Of a stretch of 64,000 bases of DNA, positions 22,160 to 32,676 are shown in pieces. Position numbers and translations under genes: made by a program. Position 1 is the first letter of the stretch, and each line of letters starts with the position of its first letter. Source of the DNA: Vicinamibacteria bacterium (lineage in GTDB: Bacteria > Acidobacteriota > Vicinamibacteria > Marinacidobacterales > Marinacidobacteraceae); NCBI GenBank assembly GCA_963422395.1, contig OY729431.1, forward strand, positions 1,664,001-1,728,000, given 5' to 3'. A model generated the notes under the pieces. The model was not told the origin of the DNA. It ran no database searches and worked only from the letters and a program-made list of their open reading frames with translations.

Positions 22160-23347
22160 ATGCAACGACTCGCCGCAGGTTCCGCCCTGTTCGTCCTCTC
22201 GCTCAGCTGCGGCACCGGCCCGGCGGATGCGCCGGCGCCGCCCGAGGGTACGGCGCTCGAAGCACTGCCTTTTTCCGAATATCGGGAGAGCGGCGACCTG
22301 GTGTACCTCGCGGGAGCGATCGGGAACCTTCCCGGCAGCCTCGATCTGGTGCCCGGCGGGATCGAAGCGCAGGTGCACCAGACGATGACGAATCTCGGCG
22401 CGGCGCTCGCGAAGAGCGGACTCGACTTCTCCCGGGTGGCCGCGGTGAATGTGTACCTCTCCGACATCCGCTATTTCGCCGCGATGAACGAGGTGTACCG
22501 CGAATACTTTCCCGAGGATCCCCCGACGCGCGCCACCGTCGAGGCGGGCATCGCGATCCCCGGCGCACTCGTCGAGATCTCCATGGTGGCGGTGCAACAG
22601 GGAGTGGAACGGCGGGTGATCGCGCCCGAGGCCATGAAGAGCCCCGAACTTCCCTATTCGTGGGGCATCGAAGCGGGCGACACGCTGTTCATCGCCGGCG
22701 CCACTGCGCGGGACCCGGACAGCTACCAGCCGGTGGCGGGCGGCGTCCCCGAGCAGATGCGGCGGATCCTCGGGAACATCGGACTGGTCCTCGAAGCCGC
22801 CGGAATGGACTACCGGAATGTGGCGAACTGCCGGGTCTTCCTCGACGACCCCCGCACCTTCGGCGCGATGAACGAGGTCTATCGGGAGTTCTTCCCCGAG
22901 GAGCCGCCCACGCGGGCCACCGTCGAAGCCCGGCTCGCGAACCCGGCCTTCCGGGCCGAGGTGCAGTGCGTGGCGAGCCGGGCCGAACGAAGCGTCCTCG
23001 CTCCCGGCGGGCCCCGCTCGGGGAGCCCGCTGTCTCCTGGAGTCTGGACTGGCGACCGGCTCTACCTCTCCGGGATGGTCGCTCCCGGACCGGACCGCAG
23101 TGAGGACGCGGGCGAGCAGACTCGCGCCGTGCTGGGCCGGCTCGGAGAAGCGCTCGAAGCCGCCGGGCTCGGTTTCGCGGATGTGGACGATGCCGTCGTC
23201 TTCCTGGAAGACATGCGCGATTACCCTGCGATGAACGCCGCCTACCGCGAGCTCGTCGGCGAGCCGTTCCCCGCGCGAGCCACCGTGGAGGCCCAGCTCA
23301 TGGGCGCCGGGATCGAGGTCGAGATCATGATGACGGCGCACCGCTGA
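22160..23347 (+). CDS. Triple-domain RidA/YjgF family lipoprotein
   Basis: GGAGG RBS; LSLSC lipobox; three Rid repeats each with MN..Y...P.RATV. Confidence 0.85.
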   Translation: MQRLAAGSALFVLSLSCGTGPADAPAPPEGTALEALPFSEYRESGDLVYLAGAIGNLPGSLDLVPGGIEAQVHQTMTNLGAALAKSGLDFSRVAAVNVYLSDIRYFAAMNEVYREYFPEDPPTRATVEAGIAIPGALVEISMVAVQQGVERRVIAPEAMKSPELPYSWGIEAGDTLFIAGATARDPDSYQPVAGGVPEQMRRILGNIGLVLEAAGMDYRNVANCRVFLDDPRTFGAMNEVYREFFPEEPPTRATVEARLANPAFRAEVQCVASRAERSVLAPGGPRSGSPLSPGVWTGDRLYLSGMVAPGPDRSEDAGEQTRAVLGRLGEALEAAGLGFADVDDAVVFLEDMRDYPAMNAAYRELVGEPFPARATVEAQLMGAGIEVEIMMTAHR

Positions 23348-23385
23348 GCGCGGCGGAGCGCGCGCGGCCGGCGGTCCAGTCCGGG

Positions 23386-24162
23386 ATGCCTCCGCCGGTC
23401 GTCTTTTTCGGATCTCTGCTTCTCGGACTGGTTCTTCCCGATCGGGACACCGGGTCGGGCCCGGCCCCCGAGGAGCTCCAGGGCCGGGTGCTGGTGGCGG
23501 CCGCCGCGAACTTCACCGGACCCGCGCGGGAGATCGCGGCCGCCTTCGAGCGGGAGACCGGGTATGCGGTGCGCCTCAGTTTCGGCTCGACCGGCCAGCT
23601 CTTCGCCCAGATTCGGCAGGGGGCGCCCTTCGAGGTCTTTCTGGCGGCGGACGCAGAACGGCCGCTGCAAGCGGAGCGGCAGGGACTCGCAGTGCCGGGC
23701 AGCCGGTTCACCTACGCGGTGGGCCGCCTCGTGCTGGTCAGCACGGAAACGAGCCGGACGGCGGGGCCCGACGCCCTCCGTGACCCCGCAGTGCGCCGGG
23801 TGGCACTCGCCAACCCGAACACCGCTCCCTACGGGCGCGCCGCGCTCGAAACCATCCGCGCCCTCGGCCTCGAAACGGCGCTCGCCGGAAAGCAGGTGAT
23901 CGGGACCAATGTCTCGCAGGCACACCAGTTCGTCCGCACCGGGAACGCGGAGTTGGGTTTTCTGGCCCTCTCCCAGGCGCCCGGGGACAGCGGGAGTTCG
24001 CGCTGGCTCGTTCCGGAGACCTTCCACACTCCCATCCGGCAGCAGGCGGTGCTGCTCGAAGCGGGGCGCAGGAATCCTGCCGCGGGGCGTTTCCTCACCT
24101 TCCTCCGGGAGGATGCGGCCCGCGGCATTCTGCGCCGACACGGGTACCGCACGAGCGAATAG
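23386..24162 (+). CDS. modA: Molybdate ABC transporter substrate-binding protein
   Basis: [28 protein letters not shown]. Confidence 0.92.
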   Translation: MPPPVVFFGSLLLGLVLPDRDTGSGPAPEELQGRVLVAAAANFTGPAREIAAAFERETGYAVRLSFGSTGQLFAQIRQGAPFEVFLAADAERPLQAERQGLAVPGSRFTYAVGRLVLVSTETSRTAGPDALRDPAVRRVALANPNTAPYGRAALETIRALGLETALAGKQVIGTNVSQAHQFVRTGNAELGFLALSQAPGDSGSSRWLVPETFHTPIRQQAVLLEAGRRNPAAGRFLTFLREDAARGILRRHGYRTSE

Positions 24163-24170
24163 GCGGCGAG

Positions 24171-24851
24171 ATGCAATCGGCTGCGATCTGGCCTCCGATC
24201 CAGCTGACCCTGGAACTCGCGGCGGTCACGACCGGCTTCCTGCTGCTGCTCGGAACGCCGCTCGGTTGGTGGCTCGCGCGCTCCTCGTTCCGGTTCAAGG
24301 AGGCAGTCGCCGCCCTGGTCGCGCTGCCACTGGTGCTTCCGCCGACCGTCCTCGGTTTCTACCTCCTGATCGCCCTCGGCCCCGACGGTCCGGGCGGCTT
24401 CGTCGCCCGACTCTTCGGGGAGATCTCGCTCGCCTTTTCGTTTCCCGGCCTGGTCATCGGCTCCGTCCTCTATTCGCTCCCCTTCACGGTGCAGCCGATT
24501 CGCAGCGCCTTCGAGGCAGTCGGCGACCGCCCCCTGGAAGCCGCAGCCACCCTGCGGGCGTCCCCGTGGGACGCGTTCTGGACCGTCGCGGTTCCGCTGG
24601 CCCGCCCCGGGCTGATCGCCGGCGCAGTGCTGGGTTTCGCGCACACGGTCGGCGAGTTCGGAGTCGTCCTGATGATCGGCGGAAACATCCCCGGCGCCAC
24701 CCGCGTGCTCTCGATCGCCATCTACGACCATGTGGAGCTCATGGAATGGGGGACGGCGCATCTCCTCTCCGGCGGTCTGCTGGCGTTCTCCTTCGTGGTG
24801 GTCGCTCTCACCCTCAGCCTCCAGAAGAAGATGGGGGCAAAAGCCCGGTGA
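24171..24851 (+). CDS. modB: Molybdate ABC transporter permease
   Basis: [30 protein letters not shown]. Confidence 0.95.
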   Translation: MQSAAIWPPIQLTLELAAVTTGFLLLLGTPLGWWLARSSFRFKEAVAALVALPLVLPPTVLGFYLLIALGPDGPGGFVARLFGEISLAFSFPGLVIGSVLYSLPFTVQPIRSAFEAVGDRPLEAAATLRASPWDAFWTVAVPLARPGLIAGAVLGFAHTVGEFGVVLMIGGNIPGATRVLSIAIYDHVELMEWGTAHLLSGGLLAFSFVVVALTLSLQKKMGAKAR

Positions 24852-25960
24852 GCCGCGGCGGCCCGCGTCTAGCCGGCCCCCTCGAAGGAGAGTTCCGGGG
24901 AGCGGCGGGGGCTTTCGTCCTGGACGCCGCGTTCTCCGCGCCGGCCGGAGAAACCACCGCCCTCTTCGGCCCCTCCGGCAGCGGCAAGACGACCCTGCTG
25001 CGCGCGGTGGCGGGACTCCTCCGGCTCCGGGGGCGGCTCGACGCCGGCGGGAAGCCCTGGCAGGACGACGCCCGCGGGCTCTTCCTCCCACCGTATCGGC
25101 GAAGGGTCGGATTCGTCTTCCAGGAACCGGCGCTCTTCACTCACCTCTCGGTTCTGGAAAACCTGCGCTACGCCGAGCGCCGCGGCGGAGCCGACCGCGC
25201 TTCCGCCAGCCCGTCGTTCGCGGAGCTCGTCGAGCGGCTCGGGCTCGAAAAACTCCTGGACCGCTCTCCCGCCGGGCTCTCGGGAGGGGAGCGGCAGCGG
25301 ATCGCGCTGGGCCGGGCCCTGCTCTCTCGCCCCTCGGTTCTCCTGCTGGACGAACCGCTCTCGGCGCTCCATCAGGGCGCCCGCGCCGCCATCCTGCCCT
25401 GGCTCCGTTCGCTCGCCGCCGAACTCGGGATGGCCGTGCTCCATGTGAGCCACGACCTGGGGGAGGTCGTCGAGGCCGCGCACCGGATCGCGCTGGTGTC
25501 GGGAGGACGGATCACCGCCGCCGGTCCGGCGGCGGAAATCCTCGAACGGCTCGATGCGAGCAATGCCCCCTCCCGCTTCGAGACTTCCACGATCCTGACC
25601 GCCCGCGTTCGGCGGCTCCTCCCGGCGCTCGGACTCTCGGAACTCGACTTCGGCGGACAGGTCCTCCGCGTCCCGGGAACCCGACGCGCGGAGGGGGAAA
25701 CGGCGCGGCTCCGGATCAGGGCGCGGGACATCGCGCTCGCCCGGACCCCGCCGGAAGCGATCAGCATCCGCAATGTGCTGCGGAGCGCGATCCTCGCGGT
25801 CATCGAAGATCCGGAAGGCCCGTTCGCCGAAGTTCTCCTCGAAGTCGGCGGACAGCGCCTTCGCGCCCGGATCACCCGGGACGCGGCCGCCGACCTCCGA
25901 CTGGAGCGCGGTAACACGGTCTTCGCGCTCCTGAAGACGGTGTCCTTCGACCCGCCATGA
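24848..25960 (+). CDS. modC: Molybdate ABC transporter ATPase with TOBE domain
   Basis: [28 protein letters not shown]; GTG overlaps the modB stop. Confidence 0.93.
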   Translation: MSRGGPRLAGPLEGEFRGAAGAFVLDAAFSAPAGETTALFGPSGSGKTTLLRAVAGLLRLRGRLDAGGKPWQDDARGLFLPPYRRRVGFVFQEPALFTHLSVLENLRYAERRGGADRASASPSFAELVERLGLEKLLDRSPAGLSGGERQRIALGRALLSRPSVLLLDEPLSALHQGARAAILPWLRSLAAELGMAVLHVSHDLGEVVEAAHRIALVSGGRITAAGPAAEILERLDASNAPSRFETSTILTARVRRLLPALGLSELDFGGQVLRVPGTRRAEGETARLRIRARDIALARTPPEAISIRNVLRSAILAVIEDPEGPFAEVLLEVGGQRLRARITRDAAADLRLERGNTVFALLKTVSFDPP

Positions 25961-26095
25961 TGGAAGCGGACCTCACCGATCTCGGCGGCCCAGCAACTCT
26001 CCCAGAGTTCCCGGTCCCAGTTCTCGGAAAGCGCCATCGCCCCAGCGGCGGCGGCCTGACCGGGCGGCCCCAGGGCACCCTCCCCGCGAGCGGTG

Positions 26096-27019
26096 ATGGC
26101 GGCCTCCGAGCGACGGAACCCTCCTGCGCCGAAGCGGCGGATCATCTTCGGGGAGAACCTCGAGATCCTGCGGGGCCTGCCGGAGGGTGCGTTTTCGCTG
26201 ATCTACATCGACCCTCCGTTCAACACGAACCGGCGCCAAGCCCGAACCAGGCTGCGCACCGTGCGCGACGCGAACGGAGACCGCACCGGATTCGGCGGCA
26301 ACCGCTACCGGACCGTCCGCCTGGAAACGACGGGGTTCGACGATCGGCACGACGACTACCTGGGCTTTCTGAAGCCCCGGCTCGAGGAGGCGCACCGGGT
26401 GCTGACCCCGAGCGGCAGCTTCTTCCTCCATGTGGACTTCCGTGAGGTCCACTACGCCAAGGTGCTGCTCGATCAGATCTTCGGGCGGCGCTCCTTCATC
26501 AACGAGATCATCTGGGCTTACGACTACGGGGGCAGAAGCCGAACCCGCTGGTCGCCGAAGCACGACAACCTGCTCTGGTACGCGAAGGATCCCGACGATT
26601 ACACCTTCAACTACGAGGAAATCGACCGCATCCCCTACCTGGCGCCATCGCTCGTCGGCGCGGAGAAAGCGGCGCGCGGGAAGACTCCGACGGATGTCTG
26701 GTGGCACACCATCGTGAGCCCCACCGGGAAGGAGCGAACCGGCTACGCAACGCAGAAGCCTCTCGGCATCCTGGAGCGGATCATCCGGGTTCACTCGAAC
26801 CGGGGTGACGCGGTGCTGGATTTTTTCGCGGGGTCGGGCTCGTTCGGAGAGGCAGCGGCGCGGAACGGGCGGGACTTCGTCCTGGTGGACGACAACCCCG
26901 ACGCCATCCGGATCATGGCATCCCGGCTGGCGCGATTCGACCCCCGTCTGGTCCACTGTGAAGTCGTCGAGCACAATGCCGTTCGGGTCCAGGGTCAGGT
27001 GCGCGCAGTTCGGAGATGA
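26096..27019 (+). CDS. Orphan beta-class N6-adenine/N4-cytosine DNA methyltransferase
   Basis: IYIDPPF catalytic motif precedes LDFFAGSG SAM motif; YATQKP. Confidence 0.9.
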   Translation: MAASERRNPPAPKRRIIFGENLEILRGLPEGAFSLIYIDPPFNTNRRQARTRLRTVRDANGDRTGFGGNRYRTVRLETTGFDDRHDDYLGFLKPRLEEAHRVLTPSGSFFLHVDFREVHYAKVLLDQIFGRRSFINEIIWAYDYGGRSRTRWSPKHDNLLWYAKDPDDYTFNYEEIDRIPYLAPSLVGAEKAARGKTPTDVWWHTIVSPTGKERTGYATQKPLGILERIIRVHSNRGDAVLDFFAGSGSFGEAAARNGRDFVLVDDNPDAIRIMASRLARFDPRLVHCEVVEHNAVRVQGQVRAVRR

Positions 27020-27138
27020 CCTCGATATCTCGGACATTTCTCCGCCGGCGCTCCGGCCCCTGCGGCTACCGCCGGGCGGGCAGTCAGGACGGCGCCAGCC
27101 CGAATCCCTCCGGATCGCCGGAGTCAGTACCGGGACGG

Positions 27139-28875
27139 TTAGGACGGGGGCCTGCGGGTGCCGCAACCCGGCGGCTCGACGAGAAGCGAGTAGCGGCCGG
27201 GGATCACCTCCGCTTGCTGCTCGCAGCCTGAAAGCCAGCGGATCCGAACCCGGTGGGGGCCCTCGCGGCCGCCGAGTCCAAAGACCACCCGGGGATCGCT
27301 CGCCGAGAGATAGCTGCCGGCGGAGCGGGACTCGCGCAGCAGAGGGGTTCGGCCGCTCAGAACCAGGCGCGTTCCGATTCCGTCGCGGGGGCTCGCCCGG
27401 CCCACCAGCCGGAGACCCGCCCAGCCGGCGTCCGTTTCCGTGTCGTTGCGGAAGAGCGCCGGGGCGTCGTTCATCACCGTGGCCAGCACATCCGGATCGC
27501 CGTCGTCGTCGTAGTCGGCGAAGGCGGCGCCCCGATAGACGCGCGGCGCGCCGAACGCCGTGGGCGGCACCTCCGCGAAGGTTCCATCTTCGAGGTTCCG
27601 GAAGACGAGGGCGCGCTGGGGGTAGTCGCTTTCGGTCACCCCTCCCTGGACTTCGGGATAGACATGGCCGTTCACCACCACCAGGTCCAGCCAACCGTCC
27701 AGGTCCAGATCTCGAAACCCGGTCCCCCAACCGAGGTAGGGATAACTCGGCTCCGCGATCCCGGCGGGGAACGACTCGTCGAGGAACCAGCCGTCCCCGG
27801 CCGCGCGGTAGAGGGTGTTGTAGTCGTGGGAGAAGTTCGTCACCACGATGTCGAGGCGGCCGTCGTTGTCGTAGTCCCCGAGGTCGACGCCCATGCCGGC
27901 CTGCGCCCGCCCATCCTCGTTGTAGGCCACCCCCGAAGACAGTCCGATCTCGGCGAAGGCGAAGTCCGGGCCGGTGGTGTCGTTCCGGTAGAGGTTGTTC
28001 GGAGTCTGGTCGTTCGCCACATAGATATCTAGGTCGCCGTCGTCGTCCAGGTCGCCGAGGACCACGCCCAGCCCGAAGAACCGTTCTCTTCCCACGGCGG
28101 ATCCCTCGACTCGCCGGAAACGGCCGTCGGGCAAGCCGCGGTAGAGGAGCGCCGGCGCCGGCGCGAGGCCCTTCGGCCCGCACATGACCGGAATCCCCAG
28201 GAAGAAGCAGTTGGGCGCCTCACCGGGCCGGGGGGTGCTCTCCGGATCGAAGTCCACATAGTTCACGACGACGAGATCGCTGCTGCCGTCGCCGTCGAGA
28301 TCTCCGAAAGCGGCGCCGGTCCCCCACTGGGGGTCGTCCAGCCCCCGTTCCGCCGCCGCTTCCTCGAAAGTGCCGTCCCCCCGGTTCCGAAAGAAGAGAT
28401 TCGCTCCGTAGCGGGTGACGAAGAGGTCGGTATCCCCGTCGTTGTCGTGGTCGGACACCGCCGCCCCCTGTCCCCAGCCGTAGGACTCGAGGCCGGCGGG
28501 CCCGGTGACTTCGACGAAGCCCCCCGCTCCGTCGTTGCGAAAGAGAGCGTTCGAAAGGCTCTGCGTCTCGTCGTAACCGAGGCGCGATCCGTTGGCGAGG
28601 AAGATGTCGAAGTCGCCATCCCCGTCGTAGTCGAAAAATGCCGCTCCAGTGCCGGTGGTCTCGACGATGAACTCCTTGGTTCGGACCCCGCCGTACATGT
28701 TCACGAAGCGAATGCCGGCGGCCTCGGCGACCTCGGTGAAGCGAATCTCCGGCGGCGCAGCTCCCGAGCGCGGCATTCCCGGCTGCGGCATTCCCGGCTG
28801 CGCCATTCCCGACTGCACCGCCGCACAAGAGAAGAGCACGGCAGCGGCGGCACCGCGCGGCCTGCGCGCTTTCAC
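27139..28875 (-). CDS. CRTAC1/ASPIC-UnbV family protein (FG-GAP repeats)
   Basis: Repeated DxDxDGxxD loops, AGMGV, C-terminal SYLS....VVFGLG; 15-bp GMPQP repeat near the N-terminus. Confidence 0.9.
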   Translation of the reverse strand: MKARRPRGAAAAVLFSCAAVQSGMAQPGMPQPGMPRSGAAPPEIRFTEVAEAAGIRFVNMYGGVRTKEFIVETTGTGAAFFDYDGDGDFDIFLANGSRLGYDETQSLSNALFRNDGAGGFVEVTGPAGLESYGWGQGAAVSDHDNDGDTDLFVTRYGANLFFRNRGDGTFEEAAAERGLDDPQWGTGAAFGDLDGDGSSDLVVVNYVDFDPESTPRPGEAPNCFFLGIPVMCGPKGLAPAPALLYRGLPDGRFRRVEGSAVGRERFFGLGVVLGDLDDDGDLDIYVANDQTPNNLYRNDTTGPDFAFAEIGLSSGVAYNEDGRAQAGMGVDLGDYDNDGRLDIVVTNFSHDYNTLYRAAGDGWFLDESFPAGIAEPSYPYLGWGTGFRDLDLDGWLDLVVVNGHVYPEVQGGVTESDYPQRALVFRNLEDGTFAEVPPTAFGAPRVYRGAAFADYDDDGDPDVLATVMNDAPALFRNDTETDAGWAGLRLVGRASPRDGIGTRLVLSGRTPLLRESRSAGSYLSASDPRVVFGLGGREGPHRVRIRWLSGCEQQAEVIPGRYSLLVEPPGCGTRRPPS

Positions 28876-30581
28876 GGCGTTTTGCGAGCCCCGGCGTCGA
28901 GCGGCATCCTGCCGACCGGTCCGCGCCCCTCCTTCAGGACATGCACCCATGCCGCCGGCAGCGGCGCGAACCGCTCCTCCCTCCCCGAGGGCCAGCGAAC
29001 GGCGATCTCCCCGCTGTCCGTCCCCTCGCCGAGGCCGAACCAGAGCACCGGATCGTGCTGTGCGAGGTAGCTCGCCCCCGCGCGCCGCTCCTCCCGCTGT
29101 GGGAACCCCGCCCCCGCAACCGTCACCGAGGCGCCGATCCCGTCCCGATTCGAAGCCGTCCCGATCAGCGAGAAGCCGATGGCTCGGCCGGACTCGGCGC
29201 CTCCCCGGTTCTCCAGCAATTCCGCGGGGCCGCGGTTGTTCGCGAGCGCGAGATCGAGATCCCCGTCGCGGTCGTAGTCGAGCGTCGCGAGGCCTCGCCC
29301 CACCCGCGGGCGGGCGAAGTCGCCCTCGTTCTCCCGGCTCCGAACGAGCGTTCCGCGCTGGTTCCGGAAGACTTGCCCCGGCTGGGCGAAGCGGAGATTC
29401 GACTGGATCTCCTCGATGTTGTCCAGGATGTGGCCGTTCGTCACCACCAGGTCCAGCCAGCCGTCGTTGTCCAGATCGGCGAGGTCGCAGCCGAAACCGA
29501 GTTCGGTGAGGCTCTCGCTGCCGATTCCGAAAGCGGCGGTGGCGTCGAGGAAGAGGCCGCCGCCGAGATTTCGGTAGAGCGTGTTCGTCTCGAAGTCGAA
29601 GTTCGTGACGATCAGATCCATCCTTCCGTCGCGGTCCACATCTCCGAAATCGGTTCCCATCCCCGCTTCGGGCAGACCTTCTTCGTTGTAGGCGATTCCG
29701 GAAGCGAGACCGACTTCGACGAAACGAACGCCCGATCCGGCAGTCGGGCCGGCTTCGGCCCGGAAGAGGAAGTTGGGAGTCGTGTCGTTCGCCACCTGGA
29801 CATCCGGAGTTCCGTCTCCGCCGAGATCGCTCACCACCACGCCGAGGCCCTTTCCCGTCTCGGACCCGGGCACCGGGGCCGCGCGAAAGACGCCGTCTCC
29901 GAGGTTCTCGAAAAAGGAGTCCGCCGCGCCCGGATACTCCTGCGGGTGGCAGTAGGCGAGGAGCTCGCGGACCGGGCTCACGCAGTCTCGATGGGTCTCG
30001 ATGGCGTAGTCGAGATAGTTCGCCGCGTAGATGTCGAGATCGCCGTCATGGTCGGGATCGAAGAGCGCGGCGCTCGTCGTCCAGCGCCGATCGCTGGCGC
30101 CGCCCGCCCCCGGGACCTCTGCGAAGGTGCCGTCACCCAGATTGCGGAACAGCCGTTCCTCGCCGAAGTGGGTCAGGAGCAGGTCGGAGTCTCCGTCATG
30201 GTCGAGATCGCCGGCCACTCCGCCCATCCCGTAGCGGAGACGGTCCGCCGGGTCGAGCAGCCCGGCCTCGCGGGTGCGGTCGGTGAAGGCGCCGCCCCCT
30301 CGATTGTGGAACAGGCGGTTGCCGATCGTGGCGCCGCCCGGGTCCCCCGGCAGCGGGGCGCCGTTCACGAAGAAGAGATCCGGCAGCCCGTCGCCGTCGT
30401 AGTCGAACACCAGCACTCCAGCCCCGACGATCTCCACGACATAGCGCCGGCCGCTCCCGCCGTCTTCGTGGTGGAAGCGGATTCCGGCGTCGGCGGTGCG
30501 GTCCACGAACCGGAATTCCTCCGCCGCCGCGGGCTGCGGGGCGGCGAGCAACGAAAGCGAGAAGACGGTGCGCCGCATCAC
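28872..30581 (-). CDS. CRTAC1/ASPIC-UnbV family protein
   Basis: DYDGDG, DLDHDG, EAGMG, ASYLAQHD...FGLG. Confidence 0.9.
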   Translation of the reverse strand: MMRRTVFSLSLLAAPQPAAAEEFRFVDRTADAGIRFHHEDGGSGRRYVVEIVGAGVLVFDYDGDGLPDLFFVNGAPLPGDPGGATIGNRLFHNRGGGAFTDRTREAGLLDPADRLRYGMGGVAGDLDHDGDSDLLLTHFGEERLFRNLGDGTFAEVPGAGGASDRRWTTSAALFDPDHDGDLDIYAANYLDYAIETHRDCVSPVRELLAYCHPQEYPGAADSFFENLGDGVFRAAPVPGSETGKGLGVVVSDLGGDGTPDVQVANDTTPNFLFRAEAGPTAGSGVRFVEVGLASGIAYNEEGLPEAGMGTDFGDVDRDGRMDLIVTNFDFETNTLYRNLGGGLFLDATAAFGIGSESLTELGFGCDLADLDNDGWLDLVVTNGHILDNIEEIQSNLRFAQPGQVFRNQRGTLVRSRENEGDFARPRVGRGLATLDYDRDGDLDLALANNRGPAELLENRGGAESGRAIGFSLIGTASNRDGIGASVTVAGAGFPQREERRAGASYLAQHDPVLWFGLGEGTDSGEIAVRWPSGREERFAPLPAAWVHVLKEGRGPVGRMPLDAGARKTP

Positions 30582-31684
30582 TGCTCGGGCCGTCGAGGTG
30601 TCGGGCGCGCGCGCGGCTGACCAGCCCTTCGTCCCCCTTCGGGGGCGTCCTCCCCGGCCACGGTGTGGAAACGGCGCCGCACTTCGGCAGCCTTCTCATC
30701 CTGGCCGAGCAGCGAGAGAGCGGCGGCGAGATTGTAGAGCGCCTGCCGATGGCGGGGTGCTTCCCGGAGCGCGTTCTCGAAAGAGGCGGCTGCGGCTTCG
30801 GGATCGCCCTCGCGCAGATCCAGCATCCCGAGCCCGACGAGCGCCGCCGGCCAGCCGGGGGCGCCCTGGATCGCGGCCTCGTACTCCCGCCTCGCCTCCT
30901 CGCTGCGGTCCAGTCGGGAGAGAGTGCGCCCGAGCGCGACCCGTACCTCGGGGTTTCCAGGATCCAGCCGCACCGCCTCGCGGAAAGCGGCCGCCGCCGG
31001 CAGAAGCCGGCCCAGAGCCGCCTCGGCGAGGCCGAGGTAGAAGTGCGGCAGCGGGTTCTCCGGCGCTGCGGCGCGCGCCTCCAGGAGCACGCTGCGGGCG
31101 GATTCCCCGTCGAGGCGGGAGTAGTGGGCGTAGCCGAGCTGGAGCAGGAGCGGCACCGCAAGAGAATCCGCATGGGAATTCGATGGCGGATGCCGGTCCA
31201 CCGCCTCCCGAAGCACCGATACCGCGTTCTCCGGATCCCCGCTGCGAAGGAGCGCCGTTCCGAGGGAAAGCGAAAGGGCCGGGTTTTCGGCCGGCGCGAG
31301 GGCTTCGGCGCGCCGGAGGGAATCCACCGCTTCGGCAGGCCGGCCGTCCCGCAAGAGCGCCACTCCCAGGTAGTAATGGGCACGGGAGTCCGGGAACGCC
31401 TCGACCAGCCGGCGGAACGAGCGGACTGCCGCAGCGGAGTTCCCGGCGTCGAGCCAGCGCTGCCCGGTGCGGAGCAGCTCCTCCGGGCTTTGCGCAGCAG
31501 CGATCGGCGCGGCGGGGGGGATCAGCCCAGCGGTCGGCGTCGCTCCGGCGGTCGGCACCGCCCCGGCAGCGAGTAGAAACGCCGGGAGGAGCAGCCCTGC
31601 CCCCGAGGAACCGCGGGAAGATCGGATTCGGGAGCGACAGCCTGCCGGCAGTCGCAGCGAGCGGATCCTCGAGCGAACTCTCAG
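30578..31684 (-). CDS. Secreted TPR protein
   Basis: Multiple TPR repeats (AHYYLG, PHFYLG, ALYNLA); start uncertain. Confidence 0.75.
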   Translation of the reverse strand: MRVRSRIRSLRLPAGCRSRIRSSRGSSGAGLLLPAFLLAAGAVPTAGATPTAGLIPPAAPIAAAQSPEELLRTGQRWLDAGNSAAAVRSFRRLVEAFPDSRAHYYLGVALLRDGRPAEAVDSLRRAEALAPAENPALSLSLGTALLRSGDPENAVSVLREAVDRHPPSNSHADSLAVPLLLQLGYAHYSRLDGESARSVLLEARAAAPENPLPHFYLGLAEAALGRLLPAAAAFREAVRLDPGNPEVRVALGRTLSRLDRSEEARREYEAAIQGAPGWPAALVGLGMLDLREGDPEAAAASFENALREAPRHRQALYNLAAALSLLGQDEKAAEVRRRFHTVAGEDAPEGGRRAGQPRARPTPRRPEQ

Positions 31685-32676
31685 GAACCCTCCCCGAAGA
31701 GTTCGGCCAGGAATTCCTCGTCGAGCCCCGAATGCCCCGTCCAGCGCAGCGCGGATTCCAGCTGGCCGCGGAAGAGCGGGTTTCTCGAGGCGGCCTCCTT
31801 CAGCGATGCGAGGGCTCGGCCGCGTTCGCCGAGCGAGTAGTGCAGCAGCCCGAGATGCAGCCAGGCGTCGGAAGCGTCGGGCCACAGCTCGGCAGCGCGT
31901 TCCGCTTCGGCGAGAGCCGCCGCGCTGTCCCCTGCGGCACTGCGCTCCCGGCTCCGAGCCATCGCTGCGATGGCCAGGTTGATGTGCAGCACCCGCCCGA
32001 GTTCCTGGATCGGCGTGGGGTGGTCCTCGACCTGAAGTCGGGCCACCACATCGTTGTTCAGGTTACGGCCCCGGCCCTTGCCGACCACCAGCATCGCCGC
32101 GGACTGGCGGCCCCGGCTGTCGCCTCCGGCCTCCTGCCCGGCGACCATCGCCGCCAGCAGCCGCTCCGAAAGCGATCCCTCGGCCGCTTCGAAGGCGTCC
32201 CCCATCGCTTCCACCACTTCCGGCCCGGTCAGGATGTTGCCCTGAGCCGAATAGTGATCGCCGATCCGGTGCCCGGCCCAGAAGTTGGCGGTGGGTCCGG
32301 TGTGCACCGCGATGCCGCCGCTCGCATCCACCACCGCGAACTGACGTCCCTCCACATCGGGGAAGGTGTCCTCGGCGAGCAGCCGCTCCTTCACCTCTTC
32401 GGCACCGAGCCCCTTCCGCAACAGATCGAGCCCCTGGAGCCCGTAGCCGGCGTTCACATTCGCCTGGGTGGCGATGATGCCCACATCCGCCTCGCCCCAG
32501 GGCACCACATGCCCGACGGAGAAGTACTTCGACTGCACCGCCACTCCCATCTCCCCGGTCTCCGGATCGTGGGCGACGATGGAAAAGGTGGCGACCGGCT
32601 CATGGAGGGATTGGACGGAAGCGGCGGGCGCTCCGAACGCGGCCAGAAGCAGGGCTGCGGCAAAGGATCGGATCAT
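31681..32676 (-). CDS. DUF1028 (Ntn-hydrolase-like) protein with C-terminal TPR
   Basis: ATFSIVA.DP..GE.GVAVQS, QGNIL, GGDSRGRQSAA. Confidence 0.88.
   Translation of the reverse strand: MIRSFAAALLLAAFGAPAASVQSLHEPVATFSIVAHDPETGEMGVAVQSKYFSVGHVVPWGEADVGIIATQANVNAGYGLQGLDLLRKGLGAEEVKERLLAEDTFPDVEGRQFAVVDASGGIAVHTGPTANFWAGHRIGDHYSAQGNILTGPEVVEAMGDAFEAAEGSLSERLLAAMVAGQEAGGDSRGRQSAAMLVVGKGRGRNLNNDVVARLQVEDHPTPIQELGRVLHINLAIAAMARSRERSAAGDSAAALAEAERAAELWPDASDAWLHLGLLHYSLGERGRALASLKEAASRNPLFRGQLESALRWTGHSGLDEEFLAELFGEGS

Noticed and set aside
28771-28815. 15-bp GMPQP tandem repeat as a phase-variation tract
   Set aside because: Unit length is a multiple of 3 in a linker after the signal peptide, so copy changes would not switch the frame.
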